DNA from: an uncultured virus (IMG/VR IMGVR_UViG_3300009111_000004)
Lineage: Duplodnaviria > Heunggongvirae > Uroviricota > Caudoviricetes
Virus record (IMG/VR): IMGVR_UViG_3300009111_000004
Reading direction: 5' to 3' (one strand)
Length of the DNA: 64,000 bases
The notes under the pieces: model-generated
Seen by the model: the letters and a program-made list of their open reading frames with translations, nothing else
Database searches by the model: none
Told to the model about the DNA's origin: nothing
Program-made: the position numbers and the translations under genes
Shown: piece by piece, positions 1 to 8,845 of the stretch
Numbering within the stretch: position 1 is the first letter of the stretch
Layout: every line of letters starts with the position of its first letter

Positions 1-73
1 GTCTGGTCGTCGCTCATGTCGTGCCTCGTTGTGCTGCGTGGTTGCCGTGGCGGACGATCCGCCCCGGTTGCTG

Positions 74-156
74 CCCTCGCCCTGCATCTGCCGTGCCGCT
101 CGCCCACCCTCGCCCGATCCCCTCGCCCACCCTCGCCCTGCATCTGCCGTGCCGCT
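74..156. repeat. 27-bp direct repeat (ccctcgccctgcatctgccgtgccgct) in the GC-rich left end
   Basis: Identical copies at 74-100 and 130-156, with extra ccctcgccc sub-units nearby. Confidence 0.9.
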
Positions 157-202
157 GATCCGCTCCGATCCGGGGGGGGCGTCCCGGATCGCTCCGAGCC
201 CC

Positions 203-219
203 TGCACCGAGCGTGCCAA
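203..219 (-). promoter_or_regulatory. sigma54-type promoter (near consensus)
   Basis: Minus strand reads TTGGCACG-CTCG-GTGCA, i.e. GG-N10-GC. Confidence 0.55.
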
Positions 220-247
220 GACGCGTTGCGTCAACCCCGTAGATCAA

Positions 248-264
248 AGCAAGAAACGTGCCAA
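248..264 (-). promoter_or_regulatory. sigma54-type promoter (perfect consensus)
   Basis: Minus strand reads TTGGCACG-TTTC-TTGCT, matching YTGGCACG-N4-TTGCW; points to a GC-rich gene that starts at ATG 17 (- strand) and leaves the window. Confidence 0.8.
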
Positions 265-374
265 AACAAGAAAGGGTGACTGCCCTCAAGGGACCCGGTT
301 AGAGTTGTAGCTGAATTTAACTGGATAGATATATGTATACCAAAATAGTCACGCGGGACCCAAGCTGTGATGAG

Positions 375-390
375 CGGCCCGCATCTTGCA
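375..390 (+). promoter_or_regulatory. sigma54-type promoter
   Basis: CGGCCCG-CATC-TTGCA (GG-N10-GC); predicted +1 about 401, followed by GGAG (402-405) and GTG 412. Confidence 0.7.
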
Positions 391-411
391 TCTTTCGGCG
401 CGGAGCCGGCC

Positions 412-642
412 GTGTTTAAAACTGGAGATATTATTACGTGGCAGGGACCCGAAATGGCAAGATTGTCCTCTATTGGAGATGGGTATAATATTGTATCTGG
501 GGAGAAGTTTATCGTAAAGACTATTGTTCAAGTTAGTATAGATCATTATAGATGGCGAGGATATGCGCGCATTCTACGAACAAGTGGATCCTTAACTTAT
601 ATATACGATAATGAATATCACCATTGTAGTGTTACTAACTGA
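412..642 (+). CDS. Small 'G-x-x-W...KFII' family protein (SH3/KOW-like?), paralogue 1
   Basis: Start moved to GTG 412 (GGAG upstream); N-terminus FKTGDIITWQGPE is identical to that of the next gene. Confidence 0.7.
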   Translation: MFKTGDIITWQGPEMARLSSIGDGYNIVSGEKFIVKTIVQVSIDHYRWRGYARILRTSGSLTYIYDNEYHHCSVTN

Positions 643-710
643 AGTGAGTTTCTAGGGTAGCAAACCTATGTTTAAAACTGGAGATATTATTACGTGGCAG
701 GGACCCGAAA
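413..710 (+). repeat. 42-bp exact direct repeat at the 5' ends of two adjacent genes
   Basis: tgtttaaaactggagatattattacgtggcagggacccgaaa at 413-454 and 669-710. Confidence 0.95.
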
Positions 711-904
711 GAGGGAGAATATATGGTGATTACCCAGAGATTAAATATGGGGATAAATTCATTGTCACCAATGAACGTATGAAACCATTCATTGGTTATA
801 ACTACCAGATTGAACAGTCCACGGTACTAATAGGATTAGATGGACGTACATCATATGTATATGATAGCGAATTTTACCACTGTCTGGTCCTAGAGACGAA
901 ATAG
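668..904 (+). CDS. Small paralogue family protein 2
   Basis: MFKTGDIITWQGPE...GDKFIV...YVYDSEFYHC; aligns with 412-642. Confidence 0.75.
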   Translation: MFKTGDIITWQGPERGRIYGDYPEIKYGDKFIVTNERMKPFIGYNYQIEQSTVLIGLDGRTSYVYDSEFYHCLVLETK

Positions 905-908
905 TCAA

Positions 909-1166
909 ATGCTTCCGATTCGTGGTGAGCTCTATGAAGTGGTTAAATCCTGCAAACGACGATCTAGAAGTAATCAAGATTGGAATCGTGATTGGGAAGT
1001 CGGGGATCGTTTTATTATAGATTTTGTTCAATCATTATATAGAGATGGGGTCAAACGTAAGGACCCAGAACATTTAGTACCACTACTAGTTTATGTTATT
1101 TTCTGGGGTCGTCACTACAGGATCAATTCCTATTTCCTGGAGCATTTTTGTGTTAAAATCGGCTAA
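909..1166 (+). CDS. Small paralogue family protein 3
   Basis: RGELYEVV...GDRFII pattern; tightly packed with neighbours. Confidence 0.65.
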   Translation: MLPIRGELYEVVKSCKRRSRSNQDWNRDWEVGDRFIIDFVQSLYRDGVKRKDPEHLVPLLVYVIFWGRHYRINSYFLEHFCVKIG

Positions 1167-1467
1167 TCTACCGAGCCAAGTCATTGTTCGAAGAAGTTCA
1201 GTAAATTTAGAAGTCGGCCAGGTCTGGCGTGCTGGTATACATATTTATCCTGATGCTTGGATGGGGATTACCATTGAGGGTCGGAAGCATAATTTACAGC
1301 CTTGCGAAAAATTTATTATTGCAAAACAACCTAATAATCCAGAATGGTATCTAGATGGTGACGATGTGGAAGTAATGTTGACTGACGGCCAACATATTAA
1401 ATTACCGCGCTGGGCATTTGAGCAGGATCAATTTTTATCACAGATTGGCCAGAATGACGCTAAATAA
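1093..1467 (+). CDS. Small paralogue family protein 4 (true start probably downstream of 1166)
   Basis: LEVGQVW...EKFII...VEVMLTDG. Confidence 0.6.
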   Translation: MLFSGVVTTGSIPISWSIFVLKSANLPSQVIVRRSSVNLEVGQVWRAGIHIYPDAWMGITIEGRKHNLQPCEKFIIAKQPNNPEWYLDGDDVEVMLTDGQHIKLPRWAFEQDQFLSQIGQNDAK

Positions 1468-1475
1468 TTATAAGA

Positions 1476-1736
1476 TTGGTGAACGCAATGACTTACACCA
1501 CCAAATGTTGTTATAAAGATTTAGTAATAGGTCAAGTTTGGATTGACGAGAGCCCAATTAATGAAATTGAGGATGACCTCTGGGTTGATGAAAAACTAAT
1601 TATTTCAAACCTACCACATAAGAGATATAACTACAATCATGGCCTAGTCGAAGTGACTAGGTTAGATGGTACTAAGAAGGTTGAATATTGCTGTGTATTA
1701 TTCAGTGAGAAGACATTAACTAAAATTGCTAACTAA
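1476..1736 (+). CDS. Small paralogue family protein 5
   Basis: LVIGQVW...EKLII...VEVTRLDG. Confidence 0.65.
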   Translation: MVNAMTYTTKCCYKDLVIGQVWIDESPINEIEDDLWVDEKLIISNLPHKRYNYNHGLVEVTRLDGTKKVEYCCVLFSEKTLTKIAN

Positions 1737-1739
1737 AAT

Positions 1740-1994
1740 ATGACACTAACACGAATCGGGCAGGTTTGGGAGATAACTAACCCACTTTCACAACAATATG
1801 GGGACAAATTTATTATAGTAGGCCGCCCGATTGCACTGAATGAGCATGTCATGAAATATATTGAAGATATTAGTTTCGAAGATCAAGTAATGGTAGAATT
1901 CGAGTACATTAATGGTTCTCGCGGCGCTGGTAGTCTAAGATGGGTTCGTCACGAATGTACCCTTCTAGACAACCAAAGTTCTACTATCAAATAG
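1740..1994 (+). CDS. Small paralogue family protein 6
   Basis: RIGQVWEI...GDKFII...YING. Confidence 0.7.
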   Translation: MTLTRIGQVWEITNPLSQQYGDKFIIVGRPIALNEHVMKYIEDISFEDQVMVEFEYINGSRGAGSLRWVRHECTLLDNQSSTIK

Positions 1995-2027
1995 AATTAG
2001 TGTATTACTACTTAATCTAAAATAGGT

Positions 2028-2077
2028 ATACAGATGAGCCCGGAAAGAGTTCAATATCTTTCCGGGCTCATCTGTAT
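2028..2077. terminator. 21-bp perfect-stem hairpin closing the small-gene array
   Basis: atacagatgagcccggaaaga-gttcaata-tctttccgggctcatctgtat, 33 nt after the last stop codon. Confidence 0.75.
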
Positions 2078-2131
2078 TAATTTATAGTTTTACAAAATTC
2101 TATGACTATTAGGCATCATTCCACAAGTACC

Positions 2132-2161
2132 ACCCATAAGAATAATATTATTCTTATGGGT
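2132..2161. repeat. 30-bp perfect palindrome with no loop
   Basis: acccataagaataat|attattcttatgggt. Confidence 0.9.
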
Positions 2162-2361
2162 ATATTAGTTGGATCCGCGGATCTAGACTTTATCAATAAT
2201 GAATATGTTTACCTGATTAAGATATATTAACATAGGATTGAAGTATATACTATCTACACGTACACCAAATATAATGTGAGCTTGTTAAATTTAGCCTTGG
2301 TGCGGTAGTTTGTTATTCATACTATGATGCTAGGTTAGGGTAGACCACCATCATTGGCTTT

Positions 2362-3117
2362 ATGAGCCATCCTTTTTATCGAACTGCGTCTAATGTATCT
2401 GGGCTGCCCAGCCGAGTTGAATCTACTATGTGGGATAAATTGAGAAAGGTGTCTCATCGAGTTTGGGAGATTAAAAGCTCAGATGATGAAATCATCCCTG
2501 TCCGTAAAGAAAATGACATAGTGGAACCACAGATGGAGGAAGATGAGGAAGATGAGGAAGTTTCGGACGAACAATCTGATTTGTCAGAAATTGAACCTGG
2601 AGATCTAGTTATATTACTGCTGGGTGGTCGAGAGCTACAGGCTAGAGTTTTATCACGTTGGGAAGACAATACTTACTCGCTGGTATCTAATGAAGGATAT
2701 CTAGACAATATCGACAAATCTTGGTTGCAGAGAATGGCTCAGGCGGCACCTGCTTTAAATTTGTCATCACCACGCGCAATTACTCGTGAAGACACTCCTG
2801 CACAACCCGGCGCACCTGCACAACCCGGCGCACCTGCACAACCCGGCGCACCTGCAACTACACCTGGAGACCCAGAAGCAATCGATTCATTACAACGACT
2901 ACTTCAATCCAGAGGTGGACACGCTGCCGTAGAATTATCACCTAGTAGTATTCTAGAATTACGACAAAGCGCGACTGGGGTTGCTGCTATACTATGGCAC
3001 ATATCTACTCAAGCCGCAATGCAGCGTAGCTACAAAAACATGCAAGATTTAGTGTATGATCTACAGCTCAAAGGGTCTTACCAAGAACGTCCAGTTCAAT
3101 TACTTCAACGACAATAG
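2362..3117 (+). CDS. Hypothetical head-associated protein (acidic tract, Tudor/SH3-like segment, RMAQ junction, PAQPGA x3 repeat)
   Basis: 251-aa ORF; IEPGDLVI...ARVL segment; 18-bp tandem repeat at about 2797-2856. Confidence 0.75.
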   Translation: MSHPFYRTASNVSGLPSRVESTMWDKLRKVSHRVWEIKSSDDEIIPVRKENDIVEPQMEEDEEDEEVSDEQSDLSEIEPGDLVILLLGGRELQARVLSRWEDNTYSLVSNEGYLDNIDKSWLQRMAQAAPALNLSSPRAITREDTPAQPGAPAQPGAPAQPGAPATTPGDPEAIDSLQRLLQSRGGHAAVELSPSSILELRQSATGVAAILWHISTQAAMQRSYKNMQDLVYDLQLKGSYQERPVQLLQRQ

Positions 3118-3198
3118 AATTATATCCACGAGTAACTGAGCTACGAGTTTACTGATCTTGTAGCAACACCTAATTTTGATTAATTCTATATATACATT

Positions 3199-3215
3199 TA
3201 GGCATATTGTTTGCA
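3199..3215 (+). promoter_or_regulatory. sigma54-type promoter
   Basis: TAGGCATA-TTGT-TTGCA (GG-N10-GC) in the intergenic region upstream of 3389. Confidence 0.5.
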
Positions 3216-3388
3216 TCATTCGGTCTTGATTTGATATAGAATCCAAGTCCATAGTATTGCTGGCAACATATAAGACCTTCTACTAGTGCGTGCTGCGTCG
3301 GAATGAATTTGTAAGGCTCGTGCCGCAACATAGTACCTGATAAATGTTGCGGCTTATACCATAAAATTATTATTTAGTAGAGGTTACC

Positions 3389-4594
3389 ATGTCATATCTT
3401 GCACATTTCAAAATGTCTCAAGTTAATTGGAAAAAATATCCTAATCAATATATTAAGCGACCATTTACGGATCCAAAAGGGGTACGTGTGTCACCAAAAT
3501 TAGTGGTGGCTCCCGCAGTACTTAATATACTCAAGAAGATCGACGCGCTAGGATTCAGTATATCTAATTATTGGGATGTTGTTAGTCTTATGAAGATGCA
3601 GGCGGATCCATCTTTGCTTGGTGCTATCGAGGATATGACTCAAGAAGAATATCAATTAGTATATACCACATTAATTAAAGGTACACCACCGTCCAGCAAC
3701 CCTATAGCTAAAGTATCTATGAGTATATTAGGAAATACGTCACATCTTACTATGCACACCTTGATTGCTCAAGCTGAAAACATAGATGAATTTAAGGAAT
3801 TATTACAATTATTACTCGAAGCCGGATTTGATATGTCTAAGCCTCAAATAGCGTACCTTGTACTGATCATCCTAGGACGGTCTAACTCTCCATTCGCTAG
3901 TCTAGCTCAGCGATTATCAACGGTAGCCCGCGATCCCACAGCTTGGGGAAATGCTATAATTAATAATTGGCATTTAATTGAACCTCATGCGCCAACACCC
4001 GATGAACTAACATATAATCCAGTTATGGAGAAACAATATTTTCCTTCGTCTGATCCAGGTAAAATGGATGAACATGAGGAGTCAGAGTTAGATCCAGCTA
4101 CTGAGGAAGATATCTTACCAACAGACCACGATGAGTCTGAAGAATTAATACAAAATATCAATCAGCCTACCTCAACGGCACCTAGTACTCAAGTACCAAG
4201 TAAACCTACGGTCCCAGTACCAAATATGCCCGCAATGCCCACTAAGACTCAAGGGCAAGGAGCTAGATCAACTAGTAAACAATTACAAGAAACAGTTGAT
4301 AATTATGAGGAATTACGATTGGCAGTTCCTCCTGGGGTACGTAGTTTAGAGTGGGGAGCCAATAGTGGAATTAGAGTTATGGCTAAAAGTGGGCATGGAT
4401 CAGATATCGCCAAAGGCGGCATGCTACTTAAGCATTTTGGTACTATGGAGGATGGTATTTTAGTTGGAATTACTAGGTCTAATAAATTATATATACGTGT
4501 GCCACCAGAGTTAAGAACTGCGGAATGGGATCCAAATACTGAAGATATTAGGATTTCTGCGCATCATGGTAGGTGGAAGCCGTCAAATTATTAA
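3389..4594 (+). CDS. Hypothetical modular protein, probably virion-associated
   Basis: 401-aa ORF with GAGG RBS, N-terminal KMSQ and an acidic/Pro-rich linker. Confidence 0.8.
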   Translation: MSYLAHFKMSQVNWKKYPNQYIKRPFTDPKGVRVSPKLVVAPAVLNILKKIDALGFSISNYWDVVSLMKMQADPSLLGAIEDMTQEEYQLVYTTLIKGTPPSSNPIAKVSMSILGNTSHLTMHTLIAQAENIDEFKELLQLLLEAGFDMSKPQIAYLVLIILGRSNSPFASLAQRLSTVARDPTAWGNAIINNWHLIEPHAPTPDELTYNPVMEKQYFPSSDPGKMDEHEESELDPATEEDILPTDHDESEELIQNINQPTSTAPSTQVPSKPTVPVPNMPAMPTKTQGQGARSTSKQLQETVDNYEELRLAVPPGVRSLEWGANSGIRVMAKSGHGSDIAKGGMLLKHFGTMEDGILVGITRSNKLYIRVPPELRTAEWDPNTEDIRISAHHGRWKPSNY

Positions 4595-4650
4595 CATGAC
4601 CATTTTTAACATGACCATTTTTAATATAACCATTTTAACATGACCATCTT
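4592..4650. repeat. Four tandem copies of an approximately 15-bp unit (taacatgaccatttt)
   Basis: Units at 4592-4606, 4607-4621, 4622-4635 (variant) and 4636-4650. Confidence 0.85.
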
Positions 4651-4722
4651 AATAATTTGATAGTATTGCTATCTTAATGATTTATGTTATTATTGTGATT
4701 ATTTTAGTCTGGAGAAATCCAT

Positions 4723-5025
4723 ATGGCTTTTACCAAAGTTAGTGTTGATGATGCTGCCAAGCAATACTATAAGCTCTTGTGGGGCGAATACGGTGAGGAA
4801 CTAGTTAAGAATATCCCGAGACGCATTAAAGCGATGCTATTAGAATCTAGAAAAGTTGCTAGTATTGATGATAAAGCGGTAGTACTACCACTAGCTCATG
4901 CTAGAAAAGGTACTGATTTAGTTCTTGAAGGTTTATATAAGGATGCAACTATACGTTTAGTATTTCAAGCGACTATCTCTAACAATGGTAATATTGGGAA
5001 TTTAAAGAGTTTTGAGATTAGATAA
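4723..5025 (+). CDS. Hypothetical head-region protein
   Basis: GGAG RBS; N-terminal motif shared with an internal segment of 8846-11311. Confidence 0.8.
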   Translation: MAFTKVSVDDAAKQYYKLLWGEYGEELVKNIPRRIKAMLLESRKVASIDDKAVVLPLAHARKGTDLVLEGLYKDATIRLVFQATISNNGNIGNLKSFEIR

Positions 5026-5219
5026 TGAGTACACTGATTAATATTAGTGGCGGTAATCTACACCTAGAAAGCATCGGGATTTACCTATCACCAGGCGCTA
5101 GACTAGAATTTGATAATATTGATGAATTATTGGTACGATCCCCTGAAGTAACTCTTTACTTAGAACGGGGGCGGGTTCTAATTACTGAGCCTACGCAAGA
5201 ATCACCAAGGGAGAATTAA
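5025..5219 (+). CDS. Small hypothetical protein
   Basis: TAATG translational coupling to the upstream gene. Confidence 0.65.
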   Translation: MSTLINISGGNLHLESIGIYLSPGARLEFDNIDELLVRSPEVTLYLERGRVLITEPTQESPREN

Positions 5220-5223
5220 GTTT

Positions 5224-8200
5224 ATGCAAACTCGTGCGGCGCTTCAGGCCCTTAGTAAAGGTAAACATATATACGGCGATCGAGTTGGATCCTCATTACT
5301 TGATCGTAGCAATAAATATATTGAAGACTACAATCAGATTGATAATCAGATCTTAGATCGACAGGAATCATTAATTGTATCAAGCCAATTACCGTTTGTG
5401 GAAACCCTTCGTAGAAAAGTCGCTAAATTAATGAGCGAACCTAATGGAGATCTACCAGTAATTACTAGATATGATTTGTATACTGGTATCCGTAAGGTAT
5501 CAGAGAGAGCTCCGTCAGATATTGGACTAAGCAAGACTACTACATTGTTAGAACGAGCATGGCATCAGGATCCGTTAGGGACAATGACTTATAAAGTAGT
5601 ATCTCAATTGATGAATCAAATTAAGGATCAGTATCCACGTTCAAAGGCCCGAGATGCTATTGAAGCTGAATGTGCACGAGTTGGACTACATAAGCTACCA
5701 GTAGCCAAATTGGCACGTATTGCATCAAGGATTGATAACCAGTCTGATTACGATCTTGCAATGGAAACACATGGGTTCGGCGGTAAACGCCCAGAACAGA
5801 TTCGGGCTCGTGCTTTAGTTCGTGGTTTGGTAGCTTTGCGGGGTAAGATGATGGATTCTAATGAATCGCACCCTAAGAATTCACAAGATATTGGTGAACT
5901 AGTAGGATCTAAAATAGCGAGACTACAAAAAGAAGCTGATTACCAATTGACTTTAAATATGTTAACTGATGCTCAAGCACTTGCTAATAAATTAAATGAT
6001 TTAGTAGATAAAGCAAGTGTAGAAGCCCACGCTGATGGAGCAGATGATGTTGGAACTGGTTTAGCCCAGCTTGCCGAGAAAATGTCTGCATGGGTATCTG
6101 AATTGAGTGCTGTTGGGCAGCAAGCATTGCCAATTTCTGAAGAACAAGTAGATCAATCATTACCTCAGAAATCAGAGACATCTGAAGTTCCGGCTAAAAG
6201 CCAAGAACAGCAAGATATTGAAGATGCAGGGATAGGTCCTAAAAAATGGTATGATCCTAGTACGTGGTTTAAAAAATACCCTAGTACAGCTGGGTTACTA
6301 AAAAACGCGCAACTAGTGCTTAATACTATTAATAACGATACATTAAAATACGAATTAAATAATTTTATTAATAGACTAAGTCAGTTTGCTCCACCTAATC
6401 CCGCACCAGAACATGAAATATTGGAGACTCCAGGTGAAGAACAACTTGAGCATTCATTAGGAGTAGAGGTTAATCCAGATTTACCTGATGGTCAAGTAAC
6501 TCCAATGGAAGTAGAGGAGGGAGTAGATGTTGTTGAAGATATTCAGGATGCGGCAGATCAAATTATTCAGGAAGCTCCACCTGAGGCGTTGGATTATATA
6601 GATCATGAGACTAGTGAGGGTCACGGTGCGCCTCCTGGAACCGCACAATGGGGTGCTGAAGAAATTTTGGACGAGGGTCACGATGCTCCTCCTCCAACTG
6701 ATCAATGGTTACAAGAAGAAATGGAAGAAATTAAAGGCGGTCCAGTAGGTGGCCTTAGATCGATGCAGCCACTTAATGAACTACCAGTTACTGCTAAGGC
6801 ACCCCCTGGAATGGAAGACGTGGTTATGAAGTTGAAGAAACAATATCCAGGAGAACCAGAGAAAGCATTCGCCACTGCTTGGAGTATATATAATAAACAC
6901 AAGAAAAATAGCCAAAGTAAGCCTGGTAAATGTGATTGTGGCGAATGGTTAGGTGACTATGATCAATGTTTAGCGGGTCCAGATTGTATTCTTGAGCATA
7001 TATCAAGAGAAGATTGGGAATTTGCCAAAGCTAATGATCGTACTGACTTAGAATATGAAGAATGGGTTCAGATGATGATTGGAGATACTGGCGATAGACC
7101 ATCAGAAAAGCAAAGTGCACGTCGCCCTAATCATGGAAATGGTATTCCAGTACCTGGTAAGATTAAGACCCAACCCAAAGTTACTACTTATGCTAAAGAA
7201 GTAGGTAAAGATGGCGGACAAGTATTGAAGACTTCTCAGATCGAAGATAGTCTACTTTCTGGGAATACGGTAAAAATCGGCAATGTGTCCATTAGTATCA
7301 ATCAACAGAATGAGATTGAATTACATAATAAAACTTCTGGTCGTGCCTGTGATCTACTTCATATGGACACAGCTATTGCCGACTTCATAGCGATGGTTAA
7401 GTCTGATGAGATGGAACGTAAAGCTAGTCGGTTAGACTATGTTTATGATATTACTCAATTAGTAAATGTCCCATGCGAGTCTTGTGGTGACATTACTTTA
7501 TTTGAGAAAGCTGCGGACATTAAAACTGGGCAATATGGATGCCTTTGCGGGCATCGTATTGCTGCATCTACCGTTGATGAATTAATGCGCCTTATGCCTT
7601 GGACTCACACCTATGAGTTGAAAGTAAAGTATAATAATCAGCCATCGCGATATGTCGCGATCAAGGTATTACAACAAACTTTCCCTGATGTAGAAGTTAG
7701 GGATAATAAGAAGTTCTCTATATTGTCAAGTATCATAAATAGTGCGAGTAAATTAGATGTCTCTACGATACACAGGATCTTCAAGGCGGCAAACGCTAGA
7801 CCAGGTAGGATTCGGGTTGCCCAAATGGGGCAATTAGGTACTGATCCTCCAGCAACAGTTACACCTGCATCTGGTGGGAGTTTGACTACTACTGGCCCAT
7901 CGGCCTCACCCATTGGTGAGAGCGGACTACCTCCGATGGATTTCAATCAGGTGGCTCAGGCTGCAATGACTAATTATCGTGCCCAAGGTATGACTTTACC
8001 AGAAGCCCTGAAGAGCTTTATGAAAGAGCATGGTGAACGCTGGGGTGAGGGTCCAGATAATGATAGTATCTTCATGACCGCTTTAACTCAGACATATGGA
8101 TCTAGCGGTGCCCCAGCGACTAGTCAAGCAGCTCCACCACCTCAGCCTACCGGTCCAGGAATGATGGCGTCAAAACATGCCGCTGATAGTAAAATGAAAG

Positions 8201-8832
8201 AACCTACAATTCGTAAACCAAAAGATCATGTATCCGTACCCAACGATCTTGGACCAGATTCTGAGACTAAAAAATCAGTTCCAACCCCTGGACGTATAAA
8301 GACTCAACCAAATAAGGAACAACATCAAAAACTAGCTCCTAAAGATCTTGGACCAGATTCTGAGACTAAAAAATCAGTTCCAACCCCTGGTATTACTAAG
8401 GTAGAACATAATCCTAGAAGTCAACCTGGTGTGCGATTACCAGATAATGAGCTTGATCCTGATTCAGAGCCGAATACTCCGTTCGAAGATCCATCATTAG
8501 GAGCAGTTCCACAAGTACATAAGGCCCAAACTAAGTCCCAAAGACAACAAGATATCGAATCTATATTTAGTATTATGGAGAATGCCGATAGTACTAAATT
8601 TGAACATCTGTGTGATGAGTTAGTACAACGTGGACTATTTACCTCTGAAGATCAGGCAGTACATGCATATGAAACTTGGTTATCAAATCAAAAAGAGTAT
8701 CATAGAGCTCAATCAATTTGCATGTGCGAAGGTCGGTCTTGTCAACACCCCACTGAATATCCTAATCCACCTACTCATTCGTCAATTGATGGTCCAGTCT
8801 GCCAATCTTGTGCAGCTAGAATAATGATGTAA
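5224..8832 (+). CDS. Large modular head/core protein (ChaB-like segment, Zn fingers, DLGPDS repeats)
   Basis: 1202 aa; APPGMEDVVMKLKK...AFATAWSIYNK; several CxxC motifs; 47-bp repeat at 8245-8291 and 8344-8390; several K/R-x-A/S-Q junctions. Confidence 0.8.
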   Translation: MQTRAALQALSKGKHIYGDRVGSSLLDRSNKYIEDYNQIDNQILDRQESLIVSSQLPFVETLRRKVAKLMSEPNGDLPVITRYDLYTGIRKVSERAPSDIGLSKTTTLLERAWHQDPLGTMTYKVVSQLMNQIKDQYPRSKARDAIEAECARVGLHKLPVAKLARIASRIDNQSDYDLAMETHGFGGKRPEQIRARALVRGLVALRGKMMDSNESHPKNSQDIGELVGSKIARLQKEADYQLTLNMLTDAQALANKLNDLVDKASVEAHADGADDVGTGLAQLAEKMSAWVSELSAVGQQALPISEEQVDQSLPQKSETSEVPAKSQEQQDIEDAGIGPKKWYDPSTWFKKYPSTAGLLKNAQLVLNTINNDTLKYELNNFINRLSQFAPPNPAPEHEILETPGEEQLEHSLGVEVNPDLPDGQVTPMEVEEGVDVVEDIQDAADQIIQEAPPEALDYIDHETSEGHGAPPGTAQWGAEEILDEGHDAPPPTDQWLQEEMEEIKGGPVGGLRSMQPLNELPVTAKAPPGMEDVVMKLKKQYPGEPEKAFATAWSIYNKHKKNSQSKPGKCDCGEWLGDYDQCLAGPDCILEHISREDWEFAKANDRTDLEYEEWVQMMIGDTGDRPSEKQSARRPNHGNGIPVPGKIKTQPKVTTYAKEVGKDGGQVLKTSQIEDSLLSGNTVKIGNVSISINQQNEIELHNKTSGRACDLLHMDTAIADFIAMVKSDEMERKASRLDYVYDITQLVNVPCESCGDITLFEKAADIKTGQYGCLCGHRIAASTVDELMRLMPWTHTYELKVKYNNQPSRYVAIKVLQQTFPDVEVRDNKKFSILSSIINSASKLDVSTIHRIFKAANARPGRIRVAQMGQLGTDPPATVTPASGGSLTTTGPSASPIGESGLPPMDFNQVAQAAMTNYRAQGMTLPEALKSFMKEHGERWGEGPDNDSIFMTALTQTYGSSGAPATSQAAPPPQPTGPGMMASKHAADSKMKEPTIRKPKDHVSVPNDLGPDSETKKSVPTPGRIKTQPNKEQHQKLAPKDLGPDSETKKSVPTPGITKVEHNPRSQPGVRLPDNELDPDSEPNTPFEDPSLGAVPQVHKAQTKSQRQQDIESIFSIMENADSTKFEHLCDELVQRGLFTSEDQAVHAYETWLSNQKEYHRAQSICMCEGRSCQHPTEYPNPPTHSSIDGPVCQSCAARIMM

Positions 8833-8845
8833 TTTTGAGGGCACA

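Noticed and set aside
14..310. Three overlapping ORFs in the GC-rich left end
   Set aside because: No RBS or recognisable protein; they arise from stop-poor GC-rich repeat DNA that contains promoter motifs
290..361. gggaccc copies as enhancer-binding-protein sites
   Set aside because: Too short to distinguish from chance
4592..4650. Possible CRISPR array
   Set aside because: The repeats are contiguous, have no spacers and are too short
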